DNA of 64,000 bases, from positions 27,136 through 91,135 of IMG/VR virus record IMGVR_UViG_3300028883_000992; one strand, written 5' to 3'. This document shows positions 31,007 through 42,400 of this stretch, piece by piece. Under the pieces are notes generated by a model that saw only the letters and a list, made by a program, of their open reading frames with translations, did no database searches and was not told the DNA's origin. How positions within the stretch are numbered: position 1 is the first letter of the stretch; each line of letters begins with the position of its first letter. A program made the translations under genes and the position numbers. Source of the stretch: a virus.

Positions 31007-31809
31007 TATCTATAATAATCTCCACTATAATCTTGATTTAGACCTTCACCATATGTATTAGCTCTATAACCCACAAGACCTCTGCGTATAGAATATTTCA
31101 GTTCTTTATCAAGCTCACTTTGTTTACGTTTAATTTCTTCAGCAGTAGTTTTGGTGCTACCAACTATATTTAATTTTAAATCACCTGCATTTATAATACC
31201 CGGTTTAGATATACTAATTTGCAAATAATACTCCATAATTAAAATAGCAACCTGACGCTTAATTAAATCTGATGTGGTATCACTTGGAGTAGAATCAAAG
31301 GATATACCCTGAGAGTTAGCTGTAACAGTTATACTTAATGTGTTGCCAGTTAAAGTGTTATATTTGCTCTTAATTTTTTCAGTAGCATCTTTTATAAATC
31401 CCGCTAATTCATAAGTTGTAAATCTATAATCAGATGCATCATTATCACCAATATGTCTACGCACAGACTCCAAAAACTCCCAATTATATCCAGTCCCAAC
31501 AGGGCGACTAATTATTTCTATATAACGTGGCCCATCTGGAAAAATACGTATTCCAGTGGACCATCCATGCGGCCACGCTTGATAAAGACCTTCAGCAGTA
31601 GTAATCGCAGTAGATACATCAAAATTGTAATAGTAAAGTCCTGTACTAACATTAGTCATATTTGCACTTGTGACCAATGCTGTTCCGCTTGGATCATTTA
31701 TATCTACTCTGGCATTATCTACATTGGTTAAATCACCATCGTTATCATAAAATGTAAAATATACAGGCTCCGACTCACCCAAATAAATCGTCTGATGCGC
31801 TTTTGGCAT
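31006..31809 (-). CDS. Head-tail adaptor with N-terminal Ig/BppU-like domain
   Basis: TFYDNDG..DPSG..STGLYYYNF followed by VRRHIGD....FT..EL. Confidence 0.6.
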   Translation of the reverse strand: MPKAHQTIYLGESEPVYFTFYDNDGDLTNVDNARVDINDPSGTALVTSANMTNVSTGLYYYNFDVSTAITTAEGLYQAWPHGWSTGIRIFPDGPRYIEIISRPVGTGYNWEFLESVRRHIGDNDASDYRFTTYELAGFIKDATEKIKSKYNTLTGNTLSITVTANSQGISFDSTPSDTTSDLIKRQVAILIMEYYLQISISKPGIINAGDLKLNIVGSTKTTAEEIKRKQSELDKELKYSIRRGLVGYRANTYGEGLNQDYSGDYYR

Positions 31810-32011
31810 TATATACTCCGTTATCTATTATAAATAAATATGTTACAATTTTTTTGCAAACAGGGCAATAATAATTGAAATGATAGTTTGACTGACCATC
31901 CAATTCAGCCACATGTTCCATATTTATAAATTCCAAATTGTGAAATGTATGCTCGTCAACATATGTAATAAACCTATCTTGCCCTGACATATCTATCATA
32001 AGGTGTAACAA
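31775..32011 (-). CDS. Small hypothetical protein (H...CPVC); start probably the internal MSGQD
   Basis: Co-oriented, fills the gap. Confidence 0.45.
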   Translation of the reverse strand: MLHLMIDMSGQDRFITYVDEHTFHNLEFINMEHVAELDGQSNYHFNYYCPVCKKIVTYLFIIDNGVYNAKSASDDLFG

Positions 32012-32828
32012 CCCTTCCTACACTAATTTTACGAACTCTGTAGGAATTTATCAAAAATCCACAGCTTAAAAAAACACTTTCAAAAGCAGACGTAAAAACA
32101 AATGATATAGAATATGATAAAAATTCATAAATACGCATAGTAAAATTGAAAAATCTTTCAGTAAATGTTAACCCACTAAATACAAATGACACATTATGTT
32201 CACTGGTCGCATATGCTCTAAAATTAATATCATAGTTAACTGCTTGGCTGTCATAAACTTTAAACACATTTGAAAAATCTGTACTTACAACATCTTTTAC
32301 TTTAAAAATGTATGAATAATCATCAGCAGATACATCATATACCCTTAAAATATTATTCCAACTATAGTCTGATGATTCATAGACACGATATACTAAACTA
32401 TAATTACCATAAATAACATCATAAGCACTAAAAATAATATTAAAACCATAATCTAACTGGTGTTTTATTCCAAATACAAAATTATATTGTGTAGTAGGCT
32501 CAAAAGTCTCTAGTATAAAACTATAATTCTCTGACTTGGTATCATAAATTCTTACAATAAATTGATAATTAAAATTATCAACAGATTTCTCAGATTGTAA
32601 GACAAATGAATAATTATAGTCTTTTGTATCATATGCCTTAAATACCAATGGTATATTAAAAGTATCAAATGGATTACGTGACTCTAATACAATAGCAACA
32701 TTAAATGTATCAACGTCTTTAGCTCTTAATACAAAAGAAAAATTGCTATATATACCATCACCAAAAGTAGGCTCATGATCCCAAACGTCACCGGGACGAG
32801 GTATATGTGAGGGGAATCTAATTACCAT
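31974..32828 (-). CDS. 14-residue repeat protein (short paralogue)
   Basis: About 16 units of xxxx(Y/F)SxV(F/L)RVYD. Confidence 0.75.
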   Translation of the reverse strand: MVIRFPSHIPRPGDVWDHEPTFGDGIYSNFSFVLRAKDVDTFNVAIVLESRNPFDTFNIPLVFKAYDTKDYNYSFVLQSEKSVDNFNYQFIVRIYDTKSENYSFILETFEPTTQYNFVFGIKHQLDYGFNIIFSAYDVIYGNYSLVYRVYESSDYSWNNILRVYDVSADDYSYIFKVKDVVSTDFSNVFKVYDSQAVNYDINFRAYATSEHNVSFVFSGLTFTERFFNFTMRIYEFLSYSISFVFTSAFESVFLSCGFLINSYRVRKISVGRVVTPYDRYVRAR

Positions 32829-33517
32829 TAATCTACGTTAGTCGCCTCTAAACTGTCAACAATATCACTATTGTTATCGTTATTAAATGCTATTCTTGCC
32901 ACCCAACTTGTATCTTCACCGTCAATTCTATATATTACCACACTATCTTTTATTCTTGTACCATCATTAGGATAATAAACCCAATATGAAGGCTCTAAAT
33001 GCAATGCAGCCAAGATACCAAGATCACCTAATTTATCTTCAACTCCGTCTAAAATACCTGTTGAATCACTAAACTCTGATCTTGTAGGTAATGCCATAAA
33101 ACGTGCTGAAAATGCTGAATCTATAACTTGAAAATTACCTGAAATACAGCTTGTCAAATGTAAACTTGAATCACGAATAGATAGAATATACCCATAAGTT
33201 CCATTAGCACCATGACTATCAATATCTGCTATAGCATATTTCAAAGAATATTGAGATTCAGGATTATCGCTTTCCCAATCAACCTCTGTTATATTAGCGT
33301 CATTATATGCCATAGAATCTTTAAAAGACATATTACCACTTGGCTGAAAAACGGTCAAATACAAGGTATCACCATTCTCCATTGCCACTGGACAATTTAA
33401 TGAATCACCTACAACAAAAACTATAGCTATTGAATCTTCTGAAGTCGTAGTCACATTACTTACTATACCTGCATATGCAGATATTGATAGTAATAAAATA
33501 AATATAATTATCCTCAA
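32828..33517 (-). CDS. Signal-peptide-bearing beta-rich hypothetical protein
   Basis: MRIIIFILLLSISAYA-G Sec-type leader. Confidence 0.7.
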   Translation of the reverse strand: MRIIIFILLLSISAYAGIVSNVTTTSEDSIAIVFVVGDSLNCPVAMENGDTLYLTVFQPSGNMSFKDSMAYNDANITEVDWESDNPESQYSLKYAIADIDSHGANGTYGYILSIRDSSLHLTSCISGNFQVIDSAFSARFMALPTRSEFSDSTGILDGVEDKLGDLGILAALHLEPSYWVYYPNDGTRIKDSVVIYRIDGEDTSWVARIAFNNDNNSDIVDSLEATNVD

Positions 33518-34188
33518 CGTCTTCTCCTTTTATATATATTATCTGAAAATCCTGTATACCAATAACTTACTCTTGGATCATAAGCTGTTCCAGAATAATC
33601 TTTTGCCCTAAATGCAATATCACGCCTTCCACTAGAGGACGTAACTGAAGCAGGTGTTTCACCAAACATAAGAACACCATTATTATCTTCATCGCCACGT
33701 ATTAAAGAATTAATAAAATTAGTATCAAGTTCTATGTAATGCCAACCTGATCCCGGTACAATATCAATGCTGCCAACAACATCATTTGTATCAAAATCAC
33801 CACCTGCCTGAGTCCATGTGCTATCTGGAGAATAATAATATGTCCAACACATATAAGCCTCATAGTCTGGCAAACCTTGACGAGTTACTGGGAATAAATT
33901 AAATGTCTCTGTTACACCAAAATTGATATTATTAATACCAATATAAATAGCTAATGTACAGGCAGATACAATACCAGAAGGTAAATCAAAACCAATATAA
34001 GCCCTGTTATCATCTGTAGAACTTCCTTCTTGGCCTCCACAATAAATCACTGAAGCACTACCATATAAACTAGTAGGAGCATCTCTTGCATATCTAGAAT
34101 CAACTAATGTACTGTCTACCATATAGTCTGCATAACATACATTACAAATAAAAAATAAGGCTATTAAAACTATTGCAATATTGGACAT
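33514..34188 (-). CDS. Signal-peptide-bearing DNRLRE/CBM96-like domain protein
   Basis: Leader ...CNVCYA-D; RAYIGFDLP, W....W...GGD, NNGVL, PRVSYWY; C-terminal KRRRR. Confidence 0.7.
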   Translation of the reverse strand: MSNIAIVLIALFFICNVCYADYMVDSTLVDSRYARDAPTSLYGSASVIYCGGQEGSSTDDNRAYIGFDLPSGIVSACTLAIYIGINNINFGVTETFNLFPVTRQGLPDYEAYMCWTYYYSPDSTWTQAGGDFDTNDVVGSIDIVPGSGWHYIELDTNFINSLIRGDEDNNGVLMFGETPASVTSSSGRRDIAFRAKDYSGTAYDPRVSYWYTGFSDNIYKRRRR

Positions 34189-37100
34189 AATCTTATAACT
34201 CCTTGCGGTGATTCATCGGTTGTCTGTTCTGAAATAGAACTAGTATCAGTTGTTGCATCATCCCATGCTATAGTTCTGAGATAATATTTTGTTCCACCTG
34301 ATAATCCACTGACATCAAAAGAGTCGGGGTCAGTAAAACTACTCATTATAGAATCTATTCTGGTAGTTGGGGGAGTTGACACATCTAATAAAAGCACTAT
34401 TCTTGCTAACGAGCCTTCTATATATGAAAAATCATCAACTACCGTAAATGAAGTGCTATCAACATTAATAATAGATAATAACTGATCTAAACTAGTATCT
34501 ACTTCTTCTGGCTCATACGCACCTATATATGACGGAAGACCACCACCAATACCAGAATCAGCACATGGCGAGCTTGCTGTAATAGAAAAATCATGGGCTT
34601 CCGCATCAGCAAACCCCGGATTTTGTGATATTGAATTGGCGTTCTGACTGTAAGTAGTTGACCACGATGTTACGGTAGGGTATGTCGGAGAGCACACCCA
34701 TCCATCGTCATCATAGCAATCATCAAGAGTTATCGTAATCGTAGACATTCCCGAACTGTCAGAATCCCATATATCATTATAGTCAATATCAAGCTCATCA
34801 TAAAAACTGATTTCATCCGTCGTGTTGTAATATAGATGTGCAAATACGGTATTATCGGAAAATATGTTATTATAAACATGAAGAACTCTAACCGAATCTG
34901 ATCTAGCGAGAACCCTTATCCCCTCATCATTACCATATACTGTATTGTTAAAAACAGTAATAATGATGGTACTATCAAACAAGTCTGCATCTGCACGTAT
35001 ATCAATCCCAACTCCATTGTCAAAAATAACATTGTTTTTTAGGGAATCATCGTATCCACCTGACCCAACCGATAAACCAACTATATTATCGCGAACAGTA
35101 TTTCCTGAAACAACACAAAGAGTGTCAAGATGTTTAAGCCTTATTCCAAATCCATTCCCATAACACACATTATCTGAGAATATTGAACCCGAAGAACGAT
35201 AAACATGAATTCCGCTAACATTCCATTCTGTTAATGTATCGGGCACATTGTATTCATCAAAATTATTAAATAGCGTACACGCATCAACGGTTTGATTCTG
35301 ATTCGCACTATATCCAAACCACAAGCCACCACCATTATCGTTATTTTGGCTCCAATTCGTACACGCTACACACTCTACAAATGAGATGTTGTTTGAACCG
35401 CCAAGTATATGACCACCGGCAGGATATCCATACTTCATTATAAGCCTGTGAAACTCGACGTATTCATAAGCATCGACATATATAGGAGCATGACCGGAAT
35501 CAATCGTTGCCCCCACTGTCACACCACCGTACAAATGTGGCCTATCGAGTCCGGCTATCGTTGTATCATATCCAATGTAAACTATCGGGCTTTCCGATGT
35601 ACCGCTTGCCAATGGAGATAACGGACCAACAAGACCGTCTTTCGTATGGACGACTTCAAACTCTGGTGGGTTCCACGCTTCAGTATATTCAGCAGGTAGT
35701 ATATTGATCGTATCACCGGGTGTGGCTAACGAGCAAGCATGACGACACGTTTCCCAACATGAATCTAGGGTTTTACCAGACCAATCATCATTACCAGAAG
35801 TACCTGAAACGTAATATATCCCATCAACGCCTGTATCAACTTCTTCTGGTTCAAATGCACCGATATATGAATCTCTCCCTCCACCAATACCATTTGTCGC
35901 ACAGGGAGAATTTGCAGGAATACTAAAATCGAGAATTAGAGTGTCTGCACAGAGGGGATTTTGATCTATGCTATTAAGATCGTGACTATATGTAGACTGC
36001 CATTCTGATAGTGTATATAATGTTGGATATTCAGAACCAATACCAAAGCGATCCTCATCACTTCCAGACTCCCAAAAGCAATTGTAGTCAGAGTAATGAC
36101 CGTGTAAGTATGTACTATAATCGTATATTAACATACCTATATCACAACCGATACTTAAATTATTAAACACAGAGTCATCTCTGACATCTTCCTCGTCGTT
36201 ATCAAATCTAATCGCAACACCAGTGTGGTAAAATGTATTGTTGTAGGTATTGGTCCATCTGCTTTCAATTGACGATCCTGAACTCGGAAAGTAGTTCATC
36301 CCGACATCGCAATCAACTATTGTATTGTGATGCACCCAAATTGAATCCCCCTTCGGACTTAACGCTATCGCACACCCATAAAAAAGATTGTCATGGATGT
36401 CCAAGTACTTGTTGTAAAGATACTTGGATCTAAGACCAAATCCATTCGGTTGACCAAATATGACATTGTTTTTGAACTCAGAATTAGTCGTTTCATAAAT
36501 ATGAATTCCGCTCGTGTTCCATGCATCGGAGGTATCCGGAAGCATTATCTCATCAAAATTGTGGTAAGTAGTACAGGCATCGACAAGAATACCCTCTGAT
36601 CCACCTGCGTGATACATTACTATTCCGCCACCGTTATCATTTGGCTGAGTCCAATTTGAACAAGAGACACACTCAATGAAATGAACATAGTCAGTCCCCG
36701 AATACACCTGCAATCCCGCCATGCGGCCTCGCCTTGCAATGAGTCTTATCACTTTGATATAGTCCCTGTTAATGCAAACTGGGACGTGGCCAGAGTCACT
36801 GGGATAATCATTGTTTACTTTGCCGGAAAGGATCGGTCGATCAAGCCCCGCTATGGTGGTATCGTATGCCATAAATACGATCCAATTATCGGACGTGCCA
36901 CTATTGTGAGGATATAGAGGACCGACAAGACCATCTCGTGTAAATTGAGTATTATCTCCTGAATCCCATTGTTCGTCATACCACGCCGGAAGAATAAGAA
37001 TGGAGTCACCGGCCACTGCCGTCGAGCAAGCATGACGAATAGTTTCAAAACACTCAGTCAACGCAAGACCGTCGTTATCATCATCGCCAGAGGATTTTGA

Positions 37101-37220
37101 GACAAAGTAGGTGTCACCCAACACGTCAGACGAATAAAACAAACACCATGCTATAAAAACAAATACCAGTATCTTGAACCATAGTTTGTCGTACCAATAT
37201 TTTTGCTGTTTCTTTTTCAT
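34170..37220 (-). CDS. Exported protein with two tandem right-handed beta-helix (pectin lyase-like, DUF1565 start) modules plus C-terminal FN3
   Basis: YFVSKSSGDDDNDG..ETIRHA and YYVSGTSGNDDWSG..ETCRHA; NNTFY/NNIF repeats; SPC...G...IGA(F/Y)EPEEVDT twice; GLSGGTKYYLR. Confidence 0.85.
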   Translation of the reverse strand: MKKKQQKYWYDKLWFKILVFVFIAWCLFYSSDVLGDTYFVSKSSGDDDNDGLALTECFETIRHACSTAVAGDSILILPAWYDEQWDSGDNTQFTRDGLVGPLYPHNSGTSDNWIVFMAYDTTIAGLDRPILSGKVNNDYPSDSGHVPVCINRDYIKVIRLIARRGRMAGLQVYSGTDYVHFIECVSCSNWTQPNDNGGGIVMYHAGGSEGILVDACTTYHNFDEIMLPDTSDAWNTSGIHIYETTNSEFKNNVIFGQPNGFGLRSKYLYNKYLDIHDNLFYGCAIALSPKGDSIWVHHNTIVDCDVGMNYFPSSGSSIESRWTNTYNNTFYHTGVAIRFDNDEEDVRDDSVFNNLSIGCDIGMLIYDYSTYLHGHYSDYNCFWESGSDEDRFGIGSEYPTLYTLSEWQSTYSHDLNSIDQNPLCADTLILDFSIPANSPCATNGIGGGRDSYIGAFEPEEVDTGVDGIYYVSGTSGNDDWSGKTLDSCWETCRHACSLATPGDTINILPAEYTEAWNPPEFEVVHTKDGLVGPLSPLASGTSESPIVYIGYDTTIAGLDRPHLYGGVTVGATIDSGHAPIYVDAYEYVEFHRLIMKYGYPAGGHILGGSNNISFVECVACTNWSQNNDNGGGLWFGYSANQNQTVDACTLFNNFDEYNVPDTLTEWNVSGIHVYRSSGSIFSDNVCYGNGFGIRLKHLDTLCVVSGNTVRDNIVGLSVGSGGYDDSLKNNVIFDNGVGIDIRADADLFDSTIIITVFNNTVYGNDEGIRVLARSDSVRVLHVYNNIFSDNTVFAHLYYNTTDEISFYDELDIDYNDIWDSDSSGMSTITITLDDCYDDDGWVCSPTYPTVTSWSTTYSQNANSISQNPGFADAEAHDFSITASSPCADSGIGGGLPSYIGAYEPEEVDTSLDQLLSIINVDSTSFTVVDDFSYIEGSLARIVLLLDVSTPPTTRIDSIMSSFTDPDSFDVSGLSGGTKYYLRTIAWDDATTDTSSISEQTTDESPQGVIRLCPILQ

Positions 37221-37323
37221 ATTTTCCTAAATTATTAAATTGATGATCAGCATATTCACATAATAAAAATATACTTAATATTAAAAATAAAACTACCAAT
37301 ATATATCTAATTTTATTTTTCAT
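37126..37323 (-). CDS. Small membrane/leader-peptide protein, possibly a remnant
   Basis: MKNKIRYILVVLFLILSIFLLC; ATGA-coupled upstream, overlaps the next gene by 95 nt. Confidence 0.4.
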   Translation of the reverse strand: MKNKIRYILVVLFLILSIFLLCEYADHQFNNLGKYEKETAKILVRQTMVQDTGICFYSMVFVLFV

Positions 37324-39401
37324 CGTTTTAAATACTTACTCCCATATTCTTTTATAGTTATTTTTCTATCAGGGTTATTTACAGACATTCCACGACTATC
37401 ACTTATAGAAATTTTGTCTGTGTCTTTATCTGATATATAATACGATTTATCTGGATATTCTATATATGCACCTGCTACACCTGTAATACCATAAGTACTT
37501 GTAAATAAAAAACCACAATATGCTGAAGCACCTATAAAAGATTGTAATACAAATGAAAAATAATGTTCTACACTATCGTAAACCCTGCATACTAAACTAT
37601 AAAATTTAGTCGTCATATTATATGAATTAAATATTGTAGCAAAATTCCTAGAAACAGATTCGTATACTCTTGTTACAAAATTAAAGTTATACTCAGTTGT
37701 ATCATATACCTTAAAAACATAACTAAAATATTTTTCAATGCCCTCATATGAAGACAATACAAAACTACGGTATTTATCTACAATAGTATATGCACGAAAA
37801 ACAATTGAATAATTATCAGTATAAACATCAGATGATTTCAATATATAACTGTAATTATCAGATAACGAATCATATATTCTAAAAATAGCACTAACATTAA
37901 AAGCAGAAACATCATATGATCTAAATAATATATCCCAAGATTTTGCTTCTTCTTCATAAACTCTAAAGATGTAACTAAATGATCCTGTAGCAACATTACC
38001 AGTAGAAATTATAAATGAAACACCTAAACCCTGATACCCTATAACACTAAGAATAAAATTATAATTATCTGACAGTTGTTCAAATACACGTAAAACCAAA
38101 GGGTAACTATCAGTTATAGAATCATAAACTCTATAAACATGAGAAATAGCAGATGTAGAACGATCCGATAAATTAAGTACAAAATTAAATTCAGAAGATG
38201 CACTATCATATACCCTAATAATATATGGAAATGCTTTTTGTATTTGTTCATAAACTCTATATACAAGACTATAATTCCTACTTAGTGATTCATATACTTT
38301 AAATATGATACTAAAATTATCTTCCAATAAGTCATAAGCAGAAAGTACAATATTAAAAGACTGTGAAAATGGTGCATATGATCTTAATACAAAGCTATAA
38401 TAATGTTCTGCTACATCATTTGCGGTAATTACAAAGGATACATTATAATCTACAGACTCATAAACTCTTAATAGCAATGGAATATAATGGCCTAAACTAT
38501 CATATACCCTAAATATCGTCGAGATATTTAATGTACTATCTTCATAACAACGTAAAATATATGAAAATTCTTGGGTGATACTTTCATATACCCTTAATAT
38601 AAGACTATAATATTCATAGTCTACATCATATGAACGTAAAATATAATTAAAGTTAGAGGAAATATCCTCATAAACCCTTAGTACTGTAGAAAAATCTTGT
38701 TGTAAGGTATCATATACCCGTAAAACTAATACTCTATTTACGGTGGAAACACCATATGCCCTAAATATCGTAGAAAAATTATCGGATGTATCTTCGTAAA
38801 CCCTTAAAACTATATTGAAACTATCTGATAGAGTTTCAAATACACGTAAAAGTATAGAATAGTTATCATCTATACTGTCGTTAACTCTAAATACAGTTGT
38901 ATAATAGAGTTGGAGACTTTCATATACCCTTAAAACAACACTAAATTGAGAATTTAAACTCTCATAAGCACGTAAAACAATATTATAATTATCATCTATA
39001 CCGTCAGTTACCCTGAATACTGCTGAGTAGTAAAGTTGCAGTACCTCATATACTCTTAAAATTGTGCTAAATTGAGAATCTAAAGTTTCATAGGCACGTA
39101 ACACAATATTATAAGATTGGGTATCAGAGTCATAAACGCGATAAACAGTAGAAAAATCTTGTTGTAAAGTGTCATATACCCGTAAAACCATAGTATAATT
39201 GTTTTCTTGTGTATCATAAACCCTAAAAGTAAGAGGCATAGACAATGAAGAAGCAGGTATAATACTTTCAAAAACAAATGAATATTGGTTCTTATGATAG
39301 CTACCACTAAAGTAAACATTAACACTAAAAGAAGTTTCTACCTTAGAGGACAGATAGAAACGTACAAGAAAACCTTTTTGTTGTAAATCACCTAATGGCA
39401 T
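37320..39401 (-). CDS. 14-residue repeat protein (long paralogue), putative fibre
   Basis: About 42 contiguous units such as TLQQDFSTVLRVYE. Confidence 0.85.
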   Translation of the reverse strand: MPLGDLQQKGFLVRFYLSSKVETSFSVNVYFSGSYHKNQYSFVFESIIPASSLSMPLTFRVYDTQENNYTMVLRVYDTLQQDFSTVYRVYDSDTQSYNIVLRAYETLDSQFSTILRVYEVLQLYYSAVFRVTDGIDDNYNIVLRAYESLNSQFSVVLRVYESLQLYYTTVFRVNDSIDDNYSILLRVFETLSDSFNIVLRVYEDTSDNFSTIFRAYGVSTVNRVLVLRVYDTLQQDFSTVLRVYEDISSNFNYILRSYDVDYEYYSLILRVYESITQEFSYILRCYEDSTLNISTIFRVYDSLGHYIPLLLRVYESVDYNVSFVITANDVAEHYYSFVLRSYAPFSQSFNIVLSAYDLLEDNFSIIFKVYESLSRNYSLVYRVYEQIQKAFPYIIRVYDSASSEFNFVLNLSDRSTSAISHVYRVYDSITDSYPLVLRVFEQLSDNYNFILSVIGYQGLGVSFIISTGNVATGSFSYIFRVYEEEAKSWDILFRSYDVSAFNVSAIFRIYDSLSDNYSYILKSSDVYTDNYSIVFRAYTIVDKYRSFVLSSYEGIEKYFSYVFKVYDTTEYNFNFVTRVYESVSRNFATIFNSYNMTTKFYSLVCRVYDSVEHYFSFVLQSFIGASAYCGFLFTSTYGITGVAGAYIEYPDKSYYISDKDTDKISISDSRGMSVNNPDRKITIKEYGSKYLKR

Positions 39402-42400
39402 TATTCTTCTCGTTTACTTATTTTCATAAAATCAAAGAAATATTCTTGTGACCCATCACCACAGCCAAAAAATGCTGTATTGACACCACCTAAACCTGTA
39501 CTTGTCATTGTACCTACACAGGTTCCATCATAATAAAAATTAGTCGTATGTCCATTACCTATTTTAATCGCAAAATTAGCATACTGTGTAACTCTAGCAG
39601 ACGCAACATCATAATACGTACAATCTTTCATAGTTGTACCCGTAAACATTCTAACCTGACCTATGTTAGTACGACACGCAGCACCACCACCAACACCAAT
39701 ACCAACTATAGTATGACCTGATGTATAAAAGCCAATAAATTGTTTGTAGTCTACATCCGCAAATCTTATCCAACCGTCAAAATTAGCACCCGCTTCTGTT
39801 GTTGAATTCATGGCAGTAGCACAAAATGCTGTGTTAGTTATGTTGTCTGAAAAATAACATGCTCTCCAACCTGAAGCAATCTTATTAATATTAGCACCGC
39901 CTAAAGTCAAAATACTATCTGATGAAGACGATATATTATAAATGGGTATATTTGGAGTTGCCAACTCATCTTCATCATATGCACTCCATCTAAATGTAGA
40001 TACATGTACAATAGACGTATCAATAGTGTAGTGCTCAAAATTATCGTAAAAAGACCATATCTCAGTTGGATCAGACTCAGCAAACCAAGCTGATCCTTGA
40101 TAACCATATTGTATATAATACCTATATCTCTGTGGTTGACCTGTTGATTTGGGTATATAGCCCTGAATTGGAAAATATACATTACTATTTTCTGTGTTGA
40201 CTTCCTCAACGCAACATGCTATAGGACTTGAACTACATATTACAATTAAATCATTACGGTCTTTTCTAATATAACCGTAATCTTTATTTTGGAAATAAAA
40301 TACTTTCTTCCCATATTGATATAAACCCTCAATGGTATAATTGTCGATATAACTATTTTTAGTTACAGACATGCCATTACCCATATCATTATTTCTTCTA
40401 ACAATATTTAATTTAAAAGTAGTCGTACTATTCCAATTATTATCAGAAGATTTAAAATATGCATAATCATTTGATGTCCATTCGGTATGAATACCTTCAT
40501 CACTAAAATTATCTCTCGCAACATTAGGCATTACAAAACCGAAAACATATGAATAGTTATTATCGTCTAACACATGACCACCAAATGTTAGGGGGTCATC
40601 AATATATGCTCCACTTGCTGAACTTATATTAATTCTTTTCCATTCTGTATCAGATGTGCTCCAGTGATAAACAGTATAAAAAAATGGATATTCATCAGAA
40701 TCAGTCTCACCTAACAGAACCAACGGTAATCTTACTGAATAATCAGTACCATCAGCATTAATAGTAGTAGTGTGTGTTAAAAGCTGTAAATAGTCTTCAT
40801 TAGTGCCACCTGAAGGATATGCAGTACCATAAATATTTGTAGTAACATCGCCACCTTCATCCCAATAAGCAAGAGTCCCTAATGCAGTACCATTAATAGT
40901 ATACCAATCTGGGATAGAGTCTTCTATATTGGGACTCCAAATAAATTTATTGCAAACCTCCCATTGTGGTGTGTTATTATAATTATATAAATAACATAAT
41001 ACTGCATAACATATACCGTTTTCATCAAATTCAACTCCACCACAATAAATAGATTTTGGGCCAGTACCAAATCCATCTCCTGTATCAACATGATCAAACA
41101 TAGCCATTTGCCTTTGTGGATACCAAAGATCATTATCAACATCATATTTCTGAATTACAAAAGACGAATTATGTGCTCCATCATCATCTTCCATGCGCCT
41201 ATAAAATATAAATAAGTTGCCAGTAACAGGATTTTTACGTACCCTTAAATACGAACATCCATATAACGACGATTCTGCAAATGATGTAGGGTATTTCCAT
41301 ATTGACCAATTGACAATATCGCCCGGTGCAGAACTCCTTTTATATGTAGGCCAATAATTATAATCGGAACTATATACATGATGTTTGGACATAAACATAT
41401 AAACATAATGATTGTCATCTGTGATAACCTGTGGATAATAATGTGTGTCTGTAGAAAATGAACCTGCACCAGAAGGTGTTGCATTTATATAACCTAAATT
41501 AACAGCAGAACTATACCTGTCTTCAAAATGATCATAATATTTAATAATAGCCTGACCACTATGATTACGTATAGCAAAATATGTTCTTCCGTTATCATAA
41601 TGTATGTTTTTAGCTGCACCTACCTGTAAACCTGCATTAAAATCAGCAGATGTAAAAATAGGAACACCATATCCGGTTTGAAATTCTTGTTTATATACAC
41701 ATCCTGTATGTAAATCACCTAATGACGTATCAAAGTCAATACGTTTTCTGAACGCATAATAATTGCCACGATGATCTTGTAATTTATATCCATACCAATA
41801 TTCATCATCACCAACATACGAATCAGCAGTCCCTAAACTGGAAAAATTAGTAACGGCAGTAGAATACCAATAACGAGGGGTCATCTGCATATGACTATAA
41901 CGAAAATTAACATAGTGATCATTGTTGGTTGCAGTACTTAATATTTTAATAATATATTCACCATCAGAATTAGTTACAACATCCTCTCCGTCAGAGCTAA
42001 TAGCACTTGCATTTTCAATAAGATTATCGTCACCGTCACGAATTACACCATTTAAATAGACTTGTCCAGAAAACCAAAAACAAGGATGGTAATATGTGCC
42101 AGAAGAAGAAGGTCGTGTCCAAGTAGAACCCTGATCTTCCGTTTTATAATATATCCAATCACCCCTATTGAATGACACATTTTTCATATCATCGAACATT
42201 GAATCTGACGTATCAATTGTTACACATTGTAATCGCCAATAACCAAAATTATTTTTTGCCAATATATAAAAAGAACAATACATAGAAGTAGAAATAGCAA
42301 CAGCACTATCATTACCACCTAAATATTGTTGCACACTTTCTGGATCATGACCATAAGACAATAATTCATTATTAGTTGCAATTTGATAACCAGTAGCAGT

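Noticed and set aside
37320-39401. 42-nt periodicity as a CRISPR-like array
   Set aside because: Periodicity is at the protein level with degenerate codons; there is no invariant repeat-spacer structure.
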